A stretch of DNA of 64,000 bases from Bdellovibrionales bacterium (GCA_027317865.1 DAHVQG010000005.1:128001-192000); one strand, 5' to 3'. Positions 36,666 through 47,965 are shown, counted from the stretch's first letter. The notes: generated by a model not told the origin, from the sequence alone. Numbers and translations are program-made.

Positions 36666-39530
36666 CTAATGCTGTGGCGGCCGTGTCCAAAGTTCATGCC
36701 AATTCGAGCGTCCGGTTTCTCGAGTATCGCCATCAAGCAGTCTGAGAGCATCTTTAGTGATAACTGTTTGTTCCAATGCAGTTTCGCTTAAGACCTTACC
36801 GCAGGCGTCAACAATCGAATCGGCGTCGATATGGTGATATTTATAAACATCGCTCGGGCGTCCGCACTTAGAATGTTTGCGAACTGCAAGAGCTTCGTGG
36901 CGCACTCCCACTAGAGAGCCGATGTTATCAAGAAGTCCCGGTTCGCCATCGTGAACGCTTACGATCGGAATTCTGCGGCCCGCAACCGTTAAAACTTCAG
37001 GCGTTTCAAGGTGGCCGTTTTGCATAGGTTTAACAAACAATGTGGAGTCAATTTGTAAACCATGACGCAGATGATGGTAGTCGTTTTCGTGAGCCAAATT
37101 TCCTAGAAGCAGATCGGGGCTAGTGACAACAATGACGTTGGCATAAATTCCGCGATCGAGAAGAGCTTGCGATGCTTTGATTGCCTCGGTTGTCGGCGAG
37201 CCCAAAGAAAAAATGTGGACCACATTATCGCCCGGTTCGTAGCCCGCGTAGCCGCGATAGTCGATCAAGTAATAAGCGCCCGAGAGTACGTCGGCGCGTA
37301 TTTGCAGCAAAATTTCAGCGTCATCAACCGGCGCGACAGTGCTTTCATCTATTGCGCCATCGAGAGTAAAATTTTGCGCATGAAGACCTGCAGTTTGTGC
37401 CCAGTCAACGGCGCTCTCAGATTTAAACCGTCGTTGCATTCGCAAGTATTTTAGAAAATCTTTTTGATCCACGCCGCGCGTGACGCCACGGATATGAACG
37501 CCCGTGCGGCCGTCGTTGTCGTGGGTCATGTGCCGGCGAATCGATTCGCAGAAAATCCAGTCGAGCTCTTGAACGAAAAACGGCTCCCATAAGATTTGGT
37601 TCGGAATTTGTATGTCTGACTTCCAGCCATGTTGGGCGCCTTCGGGCGAGAGCGTCACCCCTGAAGGAGTGCCGACTAGAATAAAACTCGACTTCCAGTA
37701 AAGGTCATAAAAATATTGATCTAGCGCGCGCTTAACAAAAAAATCGTAGACCGTCATTAGCGGCAAAACGGGAATGCCTAGAATGTCGCGCAGGCGGCCA
37801 AACGATCCGAGGCATGACATGACATTAGCCTCAGCAATTTCGAATCGCAGAAAGCGATCGGCCACCTGTTCTCCCGGAACAAGATCGGGCGTGCCGTGAT
37901 CTTTGACGTGAAGCTCTTCTTCGACGTCGGCGGTAATTTCGGCGCCGAAAATTTTGCCATCCATTGTTGGATTCAAATTCGTTGACGTACCGACATCAGG
38001 TGCCATTTCGACCATAAGCTCAGCGGCCGCCTTCCATTTTTTTTCAGAATCTGTTAGTGCCCGCATTTTTTCATTCAGGTTTTTAAGTGGCGTGTTGGCG
38101 ATTCGGGTGAGTTTCGATGTGAGCTGGCCAAGCATCCATTGCGTATGCGGATAATTTGCCATTTTGAAGTTAATGTCTAATGACGGCGGCAAAGTTTCAG
38201 TGGCCGAGCCATTGGCATCGCTAAATTCGGACATCGCTTTAGTAAATTTTGCGACATTGCGGGCCTTAAGCGCATGCTGTTCTTTAATTTGCGCGTAGAG
38301 TTCATCGCCGCGTTTGCGCAAATATTTGCCTTCTGCAGAATCAGAGCTAAAACCGGCAAAAAGTTGCTCGGGTTTCAGTCCGGTTTCCTTTTGCAAGCGA
38401 TCGAGCTCTTCGCGTTCGGGTAACGCCGAGTGGTTGCCCGACTGCCCGGCCATTTCAAGGCCCCAGCCTTTTATTGTATGGGCGATTATGAGCGTGGGGC
38501 GGCGCGGATCGTTTTTGCTCGCTTGAAACGTCTCCAGTAAAACATCAAAATCATGCCCGCCGAAATCATGCAACAGTTCGTGTATTTCTTTGGCCGTCAT
38601 GTTTTTCAAAAATTTATCGAGATTTTTAATTTGCCCGCCGTGATGATCGCGCAAATACGGTACCAGTTCGCTCGAATCTTTGACGAGGAGGAGTGCTTGT
38701 AATTCGTAATCGTTGAGTTCGTGTTCGAACCATTGGCGAAACTCTTCGCCGCCTGGCCGGCCGAAATATTTGAGACGTTTGCGGCCGTGACGGGCTTCAA
38801 GAACTTCCCACCCGTTGGCCTCCATCACGCGTTTTATGCGCTGATCGTCTGTGTAACCCATGACCTTGTTGTTGGGGATGCGATGTCCGTCAAGCGATTG
38901 ACGGTTATAATCGATAATCCAAGTTAGGTTGCCGACCTCGCGTTCGGCAAGATCCGGGATCGCCTCATGCAGCGAACCTTCGCGAAATTCAGAGTCGCCG
39001 CAAACGCACCAAAAATGGGCGTCGGGGACTTCAAATTTGTGTTGCCGGGCATAGCGGTACGCGAGGGCAAGATACCCCGCATTGACCGGCGGTATGCCAA
39101 CGGTGCCTGACGGTAAAAAGTTATGGTGATCGGGATCATAGGCGGAGTGATAAGATTGTAAAACGGGTTCGCCGTTTTGCGAAAACGCGCGAAGGCCGTG
39201 CATCGTCTGATTTTTTTCATCTTCTGAAAAACGCGAAAGATCTTCATGCAAAAATAAATTGAGCAGATAGTTGTAAGCATGATCTGCCGGCGAGGCGTGT
39301 GGTTTATTGGCAACGTGATCAAATCCGGATTTCATAACCAAATGAATCGCGCCTAAAATATGCAATGCGCTTGCCGAAGCCGACGCGTGACCGCCAACTT
39401 TTGGATCGCCCTTTTCTTTATTGTCGCGATGGTTTGCGACGTCGATCATGCGGCAGGCAAGGTAGTGCGCGCGCCGAACAATTGCGTTCATGACATTCAA
39501 ATCCAAAGACGGCATCTTTGTGTTTTTCAC
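36666..39530 (-). CDS. aceE: Pyruvate dehydrogenase E1, homodimeric AceE type
   Basis: KVGGHAS, GDSEFREG...N ThDP motif, PDVGTSTNL, SGVTLSPEGAQH. Confidence 0.85.
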   Translation of the reverse strand: MKNTKMPSLDLNVMNAIVRRAHYLACRMIDVANHRDNKEKGDPKVGGHASASASALHILGAIHLVMKSGFDHVANKPHASPADHAYNYLLNLFLHEDLSRFSEDEKNQTMHGLRAFSQNGEPVLQSYHSAYDPDHHNFLPSGTVGIPPVNAGYLALAYRYARQHKFEVPDAHFWCVCGDSEFREGSLHEAIPDLAEREVGNLTWIIDYNRQSLDGHRIPNNKVMGYTDDQRIKRVMEANGWEVLEARHGRKRLKYFGRPGGEEFRQWFEHELNDYELQALLLVKDSSELVPYLRDHHGGQIKNLDKFLKNMTAKEIHELLHDFGGHDFDVLLETFQASKNDPRRPTLIIAHTIKGWGLEMAGQSGNHSALPEREELDRLQKETGLKPEQLFAGFSSDSAEGKYLRKRGDELYAQIKEQHALKARNVAKFTKAMSEFSDANGSATETLPPSLDINFKMANYPHTQWMLGQLTSKLTRIANTPLKNLNEKMRALTDSEKKWKAAAELMVEMAPDVGTSTNLNPTMDGKIFGAEITADVEEELHVKDHGTPDLVPGEQVADRFLRFEIAEANVMSCLGSFGRLRDILGIPVLPLMTVYDFFVKRALDQYFYDLYWKSSFILVGTPSGVTLSPEGAQHGWKSDIQIPNQILWEPFFVQELDWIFCESIRRHMTHDNDGRTGVHIRGVTRGVDQKDFLKYLRMQRRFKSESAVDWAQTAGLHAQNFTLDGAIDESTVAPVDDAEILLQIRADVLSGAYYLIDYRGYAGYEPGDNVVHIFSLGSPTTEAIKASQALLDRGIYANVIVVTSPDLLLGNLAHENDYHHLRHGLQIDSTLFVKPMQNGHLETPEVLTVAGRRIPIVSVHDGEPGLLDNIGSLVGVRHEALAVRKHSKCGRPSDVYKYHHIDADSIVDACGKVLSETALEQTVITKDALRLLDGDTRETGRSNWHELWTRPPQH

Positions 39531-39548
39531 CGGAAATTTCTCCTGATT

Positions 39549-40502
39549 TTAGCGGTAAGCAAAGAGATCTTTTAGCACCATCGGGCTTGAGTTGTCAGCC
39601 TGCAGAATGAAGTCCCAATTGATGCGTATATAGCCGTCTCGGCCAACTATGCCTTTCGGCGGGTGAGGGAAGGGCGCCGCTTCACGAAAAGCTTCGACAG
39701 CCGCGTCATCCAATTCTTTAATGCCACTTTGTCCCACAACCTCGACCTTAACCAGGTTGCCGTTACGATCGAGCACAATAATAACGCGTGTAATATGGTC
39801 TTCCGTTGACGCGATGGTGCGGCCCTCTGCAAATATTTTTAAAACCTGTTTGCGCACGCACGGTGCCCAGTACTGTCGAATGCGGGAGCGTATGCGCTGA
39901 TAGTACGTGTAATAAATAAACTGTTTGGTGCTGAGTAGTGTTTCAAGACTTGGCGTCGTATTTTTTAAATAATCGTCGGTTTGGCTTGGTGCCACTCCGT
40001 TGCCGACTTCGTTGTTGTCAAAATTCATGATCTGAGTGGGATTAAAACGTGGCGATAGATCGGCCAACGTCGGGAGCGTGCCTCGCGTATGCAGCCGTAA
40101 TTTTGAGTTTCGTGTCGCGCCGAGCGAATGGCTGGCAATTCTCTGGCGGTTGCGAGATGCGTAATCGTTACCCCCCGTTCCGTCGGTATTGCGAAATGCC
40201 CCGAAGTTTCGCGCGCGGGTTTGGTGAATAACGAGTTGGTTATGCGCGCTTAAATATTTGGCGTTGGGTTTGACCTCGTTGTTAATCGCTTGGTCGGGTT
40301 GCTGAACAATTTGTTGGTGAAGCTCAAGTCGTTTAACCGCGGGGCTTTTGTCGAGAATTGTAACTTCAATTTTTTGAGCGCGCTTCGGGGATGTGTGAAC
40401 TTCAGTTAGACGAAGACCCAGCCAGATCCCGGCATGAATTAATAAAGATAATAGAAGACAAACAATAAGACTGTTCTGCAGCAAGGCTCGCCAATAGCGC
40501 AC
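39549..40502 (-). CDS. TonB C-terminal domain protein
   Basis: N-terminal TM SLLIH; SGIKELDDAAVEAFREAAPFPHPP. Confidence 0.85.
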   Translation of the reverse strand: MRYWRALLQNSLIVCLLLSLLIHAGIWLGLRLTEVHTSPKRAQKIEVTILDKSPAVKRLELHQQIVQQPDQAINNEVKPNAKYLSAHNQLVIHQTRARNFGAFRNTDGTGGNDYASRNRQRIASHSLGATRNSKLRLHTRGTLPTLADLSPRFNPTQIMNFDNNEVGNGVAPSQTDDYLKNTTPSLETLLSTKQFIYYTYYQRIRSRIRQYWAPCVRKQVLKIFAEGRTIASTEDHITRVIIVLDRNGNLVKVEVVGQSGIKELDDAAVEAFREAAPFPHPPKGIVGRDGYIRINWDFILQADNSSPMVLKDLFAYR

Positions 40503-40584
40503 AAAAACTCCTTTTCATTTTTTCGGAATAACAAGCCTATTTTTTGAGTTAATATTTGCGATGTTTTGTCTTAAACTTTTTAAT

Positions 40585-41316
40585 ATGGTTTTGGATGTGT
40601 GGGGAAAGACCGACGTCGGTCTCAAGCGCGATAACAATCAAGATAGTATTTTGGTTGATAAAAATTTGTCGCTTTTCATTGTGGCAGACGGTATGGGCGG
40701 CCATCGCGGCGGTGAAGTTGCTTCGGCAATGGCGGTTGAAACCGTTCATGAGGTTCTAGAAGAGCAGCTCGAATCTAGCCAAAAGGTTGTTCCGCGAGAA
40801 ACGCTCAAGATGGCTTACCGTGAAGCGAGTCGGCGCATTTTTCATAAAAGTAATCACGAGCGCACGGAGCTAATGGGCATGGGTACGACGATGGTCCTGG
40901 CATTTGCTTATGAGGGTAAATTGTATGTGGCCAACGTTGGTGACTCGCGTGGATATTTGTTTAAAGAAAACAATTTGTGGCAAATTACAGAAGATCACTC
41001 TCTAATCAACGAGGCCATTCGCGCGGGGACAGTTGATCCAAACCGACCTGACGCAAGTCTTGTTGGGCGAAACGTGATCACTCGCAGTGTCGGTTTTGAA
41101 GAAGACGTGGATGCGGACGTCATCGAGCGTGAATTGATTCCGGGCGAGATCTACCTTCTCTGTTCCGACGGATTGTGTGGACTCGTGTCGAACGAACGGC
41201 TAGCCGAAATTTTTCGAAAAAATCCGCCCGGTTCAACAGTTGAGAAATTTATCGACGAGGCAAAAAAAGCCGGTGGTGACGATAACATAAGTGCGATTGT
41301 CATTAAGGTAAACTGA
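40585..41316 (+). CDS. PP2C Ser/Thr phosphatase (PrpC/Stp1 type)
   Basis: TDVGLKRDNNQD, ADGMGG, NVGDSR, CSDGL, GGDDN. Confidence 0.93.
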   Translation: MVLDVWGKTDVGLKRDNNQDSILVDKNLSLFIVADGMGGHRGGEVASAMAVETVHEVLEEQLESSQKVVPRETLKMAYREASRRIFHKSNHERTELMGMGTTMVLAFAYEGKLYVANVGDSRGYLFKENNLWQITEDHSLINEAIRAGTVDPNRPDASLVGRNVITRSVGFEEDVDADVIERELIPGEIYLLCSDGLCGLVSNERLAEIFRKNPPGSTVEKFIDEAKKAGGDDNISAIVIKVN

Positions 41317-41388
41317 GCTGAGCGCGCCGCATTGTTAAAGAATTTTCTGCTGACTTGGCCGCCCGTGTCTAAGATATTGGGGGGATTA

Positions 41389-42417
41389 GTGGAATCAAAA
41401 ACTTATACTTTTCTTATTACCAGTAATCGTGAAGGTAAGACGCGAACTCTTACTGTACGTTCGTCTTGGCTCAAAGCGTTTGCCGCCTTATCGATCATCT
41501 TTGCGGTTTTAATAGCTGCCGCCGGGGTCGATTACTTTGGACTTCTTCTGAGCCAGAGCCAAAGTAAACGTCTTCAAGCCGAGAACGCGCAGCTCACTCG
41601 GGAATTTTCAGTTGTTAAAGGTAAACTCGCGACCTTAGAGAATAGTCTTGATCAAATTCAAACATTAACGACAAAAATTAAACTCATCACTGACGTTGGC
41701 GATAACGACCGGGTGATGAATTTATCCATTCCGCAAGTGCCAAGATTTCATCAAAATATGGCGTTATATGAAAATCACGTTTCGGGTGTCGATGCCACTC
41801 GAGTTCCGGCGTCTATAGCACAGCCGTTTCAACAGGATGCCACATTTTTGCAGCGCCCAGTGCTTGATGTCATCGATGGGGAGCTTGCGGCAACGCCGAA
41901 TGATAAGTACGCCAATCTTTCGATTCGAATTGATCGCGCGGTTCAACAGTCTCGCCTTGAAGAGCAAGGTGTAATTCGACTGCAAGAACTCTTGCAAGAG
42001 CGGCAGTCGATTCTCAATTCAACGCCAACAATCATGCCCGTTCACGGATTTTTTAGTTCGCCCTTTGGCTATCGTCCTGACCCATTTGTACCGGGCGGTC
42101 TCGATTTTCACCCTGGCGTTGATATTGCGGCTCCGATCGGCACACCTGTACATGCCACTGCGAACGGAGTTGTATCGTTCGTCGGTTATGATGCGGGATA
42201 CGGCAAGCTGGTCGAGATTGATAACGGTTACGGAGTTCAGACGCTCTTCGGGCACAATTCGCAAATCTACGTGCAAGTGGGCCAGAAAGTAACGCGTGGT
42301 GAAGTTATTTCGGCCGTCGGCGATACGGGCCGCTCAACAGGGCCCCATTCGCATTACGAAATTCGAGTTGATGGGGTGCCCGTCAATCCGATGCAATACA
42401 TTTTAAATCCGCCATAA
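41389..42417 (+). CDS. M23 peptidase with TM and coiled coil
   Basis: HPGVDIAA, GH, STGPHSHYE. Confidence 0.9.
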   Translation: MESKTYTFLITSNREGKTRTLTVRSSWLKAFAALSIIFAVLIAAAGVDYFGLLLSQSQSKRLQAENAQLTREFSVVKGKLATLENSLDQIQTLTTKIKLITDVGDNDRVMNLSIPQVPRFHQNMALYENHVSGVDATRVPASIAQPFQQDATFLQRPVLDVIDGELAATPNDKYANLSIRIDRAVQQSRLEEQGVIRLQELLQERQSILNSTPTIMPVHGFFSSPFGYRPDPFVPGGLDFHPGVDIAAPIGTPVHATANGVVSFVGYDAGYGKLVEIDNGYGVQTLFGHNSQIYVQVGQKVTRGEVISAVGDTGRSTGPHSHYEIRVDGVPVNPMQYILNPP

Positions 42418-42457
42418 GATTGATTTATTTGCGGCGATCAGAGTACGCTAAATAGAG

Positions 42458-43576
42458 ATGCGTGCACAAATTGATCGCGGACTTTTTCTTGCTATAGTGT
42501 TTTTAATGGGCCTTGGGCTCGTGCAGATTTATTCCTCGAGTTATATTTTCGCGATCGAATCGTTTAATGACGGCCTATTTTTTGTAAAGAAACAAGCTTT
42601 ATTTATTCTTATTGCAATCGCGATTCTTTTGATCGTGGCGTATTTGCCCTGGCGTATTCTTGAACGCTTGGCGCTCGTGGCTTGGGGTCTTGCCGGGATT
42701 GGCGTTATGCTCACGATTGTGCCGCATGTGGGAATTCGAACCGGCGGGGCCTCGCGCTGGTTGCCTGTTCCGGGCGGGTTTCACTGGCAGCCGAGTGAAT
42801 TTCTAAAATACGGGACGCCTGTGGCCATGGCTTACCTTTTGACGTCTTCGAAAAAATTTGTCGAATTGCGGTTGCGCGCGATTTTGGCTTGGGGTTTGGT
42901 CGCCTTGCCTGTTGTACTGCTATTGCGGCAACCGGATTTTGGATCGTTTGCGATCATAACCGTGGTCGTATTTTGCATTTTGTTTTCGCGCGGCTTACCA
43001 CTTCGTTACGTTGTGGGGGGGCTGGCGACGATGGCGGCGTCGTTTTATTTTCTCATCGTTCGCTACCGTTACCGGATGGCACGGGTTTTGGCGTTTTTGA
43101 ACCCGTGGGCGGACCCGCAGCACAAAGGTTTTCAGGTTATTCAAAGTATGCTGGGATTTTATTCGGGCGGTTTAACGGGAGTTGGTTTAGGCCGGGGTCA
43201 GGCAAAGTTATTTTTTCTCCCCGAGGCGCACACGGATTTTACATTGTCGGTTTTGGGTGAAGAGCAAGGTTTTATCGGAGTTGTTCTCGTCATGCTTCTT
43301 TTGGGTTATCTTGTGCTGCGCGGAATGCAAATCTCCGCCCAAGCTAAAGATGAACGGCAGAAAATTATCGGATTGGGTGTGACGATAACATTTGCCATTA
43401 CGGCGCTTGTCAATGCGGGGGTGGCTATGGGGCTTCTCCCGACAAAGGGACTCGGAATGCCATTTTTAAGCTATGGTGGCAGTCAACTAATTGCAATTTC
43501 ATTCGCTCTTGGCATTCTTCTGAATATTGATCGAGAAGGGCATGAAAAAGCTCTGCGATCTTATATCAAGGTGTGA
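42458..43576 (+). CDS. ftsW: SEDS cell division protein FtsW
   Basis: QPSEF, QPDFG, LPEAHTDF, PFLSYGGS; precedes murG. Confidence 0.93.
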   Translation: MRAQIDRGLFLAIVFLMGLGLVQIYSSSYIFAIESFNDGLFFVKKQALFILIAIAILLIVAYLPWRILERLALVAWGLAGIGVMLTIVPHVGIRTGGASRWLPVPGGFHWQPSEFLKYGTPVAMAYLLTSSKKFVELRLRAILAWGLVALPVVLLLRQPDFGSFAIITVVVFCILFSRGLPLRYVVGGLATMAASFYFLIVRYRYRMARVLAFLNPWADPQHKGFQVIQSMLGFYSGGLTGVGLGRGQAKLFFLPEAHTDFTLSVLGEEQGFIGVVLVMLLLGYLVLRGMQISAQAKDERQKIIGLGVTITFAITALVNAGVAMGLLPTKGLGMPFLSYGGSQLIAISFALGILLNIDREGHEKALRSYIKV

Positions 43577-43588
43577 TAAGCACAACCC

Positions 43589-44707
43589 GTGAACGGCGAG
43601 ACAGTGAACAGCAAATCAATCAGTCCACGCATTATATTTGCTGGTGGTGGAACCGGCGGCCACATTTATCCCGCGCTGGCGATGGCTGACGCGGTAAAAA
43701 AATTCAATCCTGATTCGCGCATCGATTTTGTCGGGACGCCATCGGGGCTTGAATCTAAACTTGTTCCGCGCGCAGGTTACCCGCTTCATTTTATAACGGT
43801 TGGCCGTCTTCATCGCAGCGTCGGCGTTTTCGAGCGAATCAAAACCTTGATCATGATGCCGCTTGCGATGATAAAGTCATTTTATTTAATTTTTAAATTA
43901 CGACCGACAGCGGTTGTGGGCGTCGGTGGCTATGCGTCGGGTCCGATAGTGCTCGCCGCGGCATTGATGAGGATTCGCACTATTATATGGGAGCCGAATG
44001 CATATCCTGGGCTAGCCAACCGCATCTTGGCGCAATTTGTCGATCATTGCCTTGTCGTTTTTAACGAGGCGGCCGGAATTCTAAAAAACAAAAATGTGAC
44101 CCGCGTGCACATGCCAGTGCGCCGAGAAATCGAAGAACTTACTCCCAACGTAATTGCCGGTAATGAATTGCATCTGCTTGTGTTTGGGGGCAGTCAGGGT
44201 TCACGCGCGCTCAATAACGTTTTACTTGAGAGCGTAAAAATAGGCGGCGAATGGTTGCACGACGTAAAGATCGTGCATCAGGCGGGCGCTCTCGATTTTG
44301 CGCGCCTTAAAAACGATTATGCGGCGATTGCCGGGATTCGAGATTTTCTCGAGGTGCACGAATATTTGCACGATATGCCTTCACGACTGAAGTGGGCCGA
44401 TGTTGTCGTGGCGCGCTCGGGTACTGGTACCATTTCGGAGCTTGCCGCTTGCGCAAAGGCTGCGATATTGGTGCCGCTACCAACGGCGGCGGATGATCAT
44501 CAAACCAAAAATGCCCAAGCTTTGGTTAAAATGAATGCGGCCATTATGATTCCACAGAGAGAATTTACGGCTGAACGTCTGATGAACGAAATATCAGAGA
44601 TAAAAAATCATCGTGAAAAACTGCGAGAACTAGCGCACAATGTCCAATCTTTTCATCGCAAACAGGCGGCGGATGAGATCGCCAAATTATTGTTGGCAGA
44701 TGCTTAG
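43589..44707 (+). CDS. murG: Lipid II GlcNAc transferase
   Basis: GGGTGGH, GGYAS, GGSQG, DHQTKNA. Confidence 0.96.
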   Translation: MNGETVNSKSISPRIIFAGGGTGGHIYPALAMADAVKKFNPDSRIDFVGTPSGLESKLVPRAGYPLHFITVGRLHRSVGVFERIKTLIMMPLAMIKSFYLIFKLRPTAVVGVGGYASGPIVLAAALMRIRTIIWEPNAYPGLANRILAQFVDHCLVVFNEAAGILKNKNVTRVHMPVRREIEELTPNVIAGNELHLLVFGGSQGSRALNNVLLESVKIGGEWLHDVKIVHQAGALDFARLKNDYAAIAGIRDFLEVHEYLHDMPSRLKWADVVVARSGTGTISELAACAKAAILVPLPTAADDHQTKNAQALVKMNAAIMIPQREFTAERLMNEISEIKNHREKLRELAHNVQSFHRKQAADEIAKLLLADA

Positions 44708-44727
44708 AGACAAAGCGAGGAGCAATA

Positions 44728-46104
44728 ATGAATTTTCGATTGGCTGGTGCGCGGATTCACTTCATCGGAGTCGGTGGTGTGGGTATGTGCGGGCTTGCCG
44801 AGCTTCTTTACAATATGGGCGTGCAAGTTAAGGGCAGCGATTTGTCTGAAAACTCGCATACGCACCATTTGCGTCAGCTCGGTATAAAAATTTCGATCGG
44901 CCACAACCAAGAGAATTTGCGCGACGTCGATGTAGCCGTTTTTTCTTCGGCGGTTAAACCGAGTAATATTGAGTATCAAACAGCTAAGCGTCTCGGCATT
45001 CCGTTAATCCCACGCGCTGAAGCGTTAGCTGAGATAATGCAACTCAGACGCGGAATTGCGATTGCGGGCAGTCACGGTAAAACAACAACAACGAGTATGA
45101 CTGCGACCATTTTTATTCATGCCAAAACCGATCCAACGATTGTTATCGGCGGCCGACTTGATCTCATAAAATCAACGGCAAAACTCGGTAGCGGTGAGTG
45201 GCTTATCGCTGAAGCGGATGAAAGCGACGGGAGTTTTAACCGGCTCACTCCCGAAATTGCGATTGTGACCAATATTGATAATGATCATTTAGACCACTTC
45301 GGGAGTCTTCGCGCGCTCGAGAACGCGTTTGTTGAATTCGCTTCGCGGATTCCATTTTATGGGGTCGCGATTGTTTGCGGCGATTCGCCCCGAATGCGTG
45401 AGCTTTTTGAGGCGTTCCCGAAACGAATTTTATTTTACGGATTTGACGCAGCTAACGAATACCGTATTGAAGGCAAAAATTCGCAATACCGTCTCTACTA
45501 TTGCGACCACGAAATCGGCGGTTTTAAATTGCAAATCCCCGGACGGCACAATGCGCTGAATGCGACAGCGGCGATTTTGGCTGGTCATGTTTCGGGTTTA
45601 CCGCTTGCGAAGTGTTTCGAGGGTATCGCGACGTATTCAGGCGTCGATCGGCGTTTTCACAAAAAAGCGAACGTGCTCGGCATCGACATTTATGACGATT
45701 ACGGTCATCACCCCACTGAAATTTCGGCGGTGATCTCGGCATTTCGCGAGCAGTTTCCGAAACGGCGTCTGGTGATTTTATTTCAACCCCATCGGTTTTC
45801 TCGTACCCGGCAATGTTGGGATCAGTTTCTTAATTGCTTTGAAAACTGCGACAAACTGTATCTTTGCGATATATATCCCGCAGGCGAAATGCCCATTGCG
45901 GGCGTCAGCGCACAAAAACTTCTCGAAGAAATTCGCCACAGTGACCGCTGTTATTTGGGAGCAAAAAACACGGCCGGCGCGCAAATTGTGCAAGACTTAC
46001 GGCCGGGTGACGTCTTTGTGACCTTGGGCGCCGGGGATGTTTGGAAAATTGGCGAAGAAGTTGCCGATAAATTGCAGAACAAAAGCGATGTGAGCAAGAC
46101 ATGA
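44728..46104 (+). CDS. murC: UDP-MurNAc--L-Ala ligase
   Basis: GVGGVGM, GSHGKTTT, EADESD, DDYGHHPTE. Confidence 0.97.
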   Translation: MNFRLAGARIHFIGVGGVGMCGLAELLYNMGVQVKGSDLSENSHTHHLRQLGIKISIGHNQENLRDVDVAVFSSAVKPSNIEYQTAKRLGIPLIPRAEALAEIMQLRRGIAIAGSHGKTTTTSMTATIFIHAKTDPTIVIGGRLDLIKSTAKLGSGEWLIAEADESDGSFNRLTPEIAIVTNIDNDHLDHFGSLRALENAFVEFASRIPFYGVAIVCGDSPRMRELFEAFPKRILFYGFDAANEYRIEGKNSQYRLYYCDHEIGGFKLQIPGRHNALNATAAILAGHVSGLPLAKCFEGIATYSGVDRRFHKKANVLGIDIYDDYGHHPTEISAVISAFREQFPKRRLVILFQPHRFSRTRQCWDQFLNCFENCDKLYLCDIYPAGEMPIAGVSAQKLLEEIRHSDRCYLGAKNTAGAQIVQDLRPGDVFVTLGAGDVWKIGEEVADKLQNKSDVSKT

Positions 46105-47021
46105 CGGACATCCCCAAATTTATTGAAAAACAGAAGCCGTTGCGCGAATTCAATTCGTGGCAGGTTGGCGGCAGTGCCGAATTTTTTTGCGCACCTGAAA
46201 CATTAGAAGAAATTCGAAGTGCGTGGGCATGGGCGCAGAACGAGGGCATTTCTGTTTGGATATTAAGCGGAGGTTCTAATATCTTAGTGCCTGACGAAAC
46301 ATTGCCTGGTTTAACTATGCGGCTACATAATTTTTCGGGAATCGAAAAAATCGAGGAGCCAAATGAGGCGGCTGTGGGCCTGATTCGAATTCATGCACGA
46401 GCGGGCACGCCGAAATCAGAAGTGGCAAAGATTTTTTTAAAACACCGGTTGGCTCCCGCCGTGTTTTTAACCGGTATACCCGGGGATATGGGTGCAGGTG
46501 TTGTTATGAACGCCGGCATTGGTGAAGCGCGTACGCCGCGAGAATTTTGCGAAATTGTTTCACAAGTCGAAGTGCTAAGACCTGACTTAAGTCTAGTTTA
46601 TTTAGATGCAAAGGAGCTGCGGTGGGAATACCGCCATTCTTCAGGATGGCAGCCGGGCATAATCACTAAAGTTGTGGTGGAGTGGCCGGCCGCTCCAGAT
46701 GCCATGGTAACCAATGCTGTGCGTGAGCAAACGCGCAAGCGCGTAGCAACTCAACCGCTCGAATTGCCCAATTGCGGTTCGGTGTTTGTCAACCCGCACG
46801 GGCACAAGGCAGCGCAGCTCATTGAAAGTTGCGGGCTCAAAGGTTATCGCGTGGGTGGTGCGTGTGTTTCGAAAAAACACGCAAACTTTATCGTAAATGA
46901 TCAAAACGCTTCGGCGGCCGATATATGGCAAATCATCGAACACGTGCGCTCACGCGTTTCATCTGAAACCGGAGTACAACTTGAAACTGAGATTGTGAAA
47001 CTGGGCGATCATCCGCTATAA
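46101..47021 (+). CDS. murB: UDP-MurNAc dehydrogenase
   Basis: GGSN, GIPG, MNAG, GSVFVNP, KHANFIVN. Confidence 0.95.
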   Translation: MTDIPKFIEKQKPLREFNSWQVGGSAEFFCAPETLEEIRSAWAWAQNEGISVWILSGGSNILVPDETLPGLTMRLHNFSGIEKIEEPNEAAVGLIRIHARAGTPKSEVAKIFLKHRLAPAVFLTGIPGDMGAGVVMNAGIGEARTPREFCEIVSQVEVLRPDLSLVYLDAKELRWEYRHSSGWQPGIITKVVVEWPAAPDAMVTNAVREQTRKRVATQPLELPNCGSVFVNPHGHKAAQLIESCGLKGYRVGGACVSKKHANFIVNDQNASAADIWQIIEHVRSRVSSETGVQLETEIVKLGDHPL

Positions 47022-47029
47022 TTTCTGTA

Positions 47030-47965
47030 ATGCAAAACGCAAAAAAGAAGGTTGTTCTTCTTCAGGGCGGATTGAGTGCCGAGCGTGAGGTGAGTCTCTC
47101 GACGGGGCGCGGTTTTGCCCAAGCGCTTGTTGAGCTGGGTTATCCTTTTGAAGTTATCGACTGTAAAGAAGATTTGCTTACGCGAATAACTCAAGCCAAA
47201 GAAAATGGTGCCGAAGTGGCGCTTCTCGCGCTTCACGGTAAATATGCTGAAGACGGCATCGTGCAAAGTATTTGCGAGTACATAAAACTACCGTACAGCG
47301 GGAGCGGAGTTCTCGCTTCGGCGCTCTGCATGGATAAAATCTTTACCAAAGAAGTTTTAAGCAATCATAAAATCCCGATCGCCAAACATCAGCTCGCGCA
47401 TAAAAGCGAAATTGCGCAATTTCAGTTGGAGTTGCCGTTACCCGTAGTTGTAAAACCCTCGCGTGAAGGTTCAAGCGTTGGCGTTACAATTGTTCAGGAC
47501 CAATCGCAACTAAGGAGCGCGCTAGATGAGGCGGCCAATCACGACCAATATATTTTGGTTGAAGAATTCATTTCTGGTGTTGAAGTGACAGTTCCGATTC
47601 TTGACGAAAAGGCGCTCACGCCGATTGAAATTGTGCCCAAGACCGATTTTTACGACTACAAAAATAAATATACGGCCGGGCGAACGGATTATATTTTGCC
47701 GGCACGGCTTTCTGAGCGCACGTTGAAACTCACTTGCGATTATGCATTACAGGCATTTCATGCGTGTCGTGTGCGCTGCTACGGGCGCGTTGATTTTCGA
47801 ATAACGACTGACGGCCGGCCCTATGTGCTCGAAGTTAATACTCTGCCGGGATGTACGCCAACGTCATTGCTCCCGAAATCGGCCCTGCACAGTGGAGTTT
47901 CGTTTAATCGCCTCGTTGAAATTCTCGTGGAGCGTGCAACTCTCGATTACAAGGGAGTGAAATGA
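47030..47965 (+). CDS. ddl: D-Ala--D-Ala ligase
   Basis: GGLSAEREVS, LHGKYAEDG, EGSSVG, YDYKNKY, EVNTLPG. Confidence 0.96.
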   Translation: MQNAKKKVVLLQGGLSAEREVSLSTGRGFAQALVELGYPFEVIDCKEDLLTRITQAKENGAEVALLALHGKYAEDGIVQSICEYIKLPYSGSGVLASALCMDKIFTKEVLSNHKIPIAKHQLAHKSEIAQFQLELPLPVVVKPSREGSSVGVTIVQDQSQLRSALDEAANHDQYILVEEFISGVEVTVPILDEKALTPIEIVPKTDFYDYKNKYTAGRTDYILPARLSERTLKLTCDYALQAFHACRVRCYGRVDFRITTDGRPYVLEVNTLPGCTPTSLLPKSALHSGVSFNRLVEILVERATLDYKGVK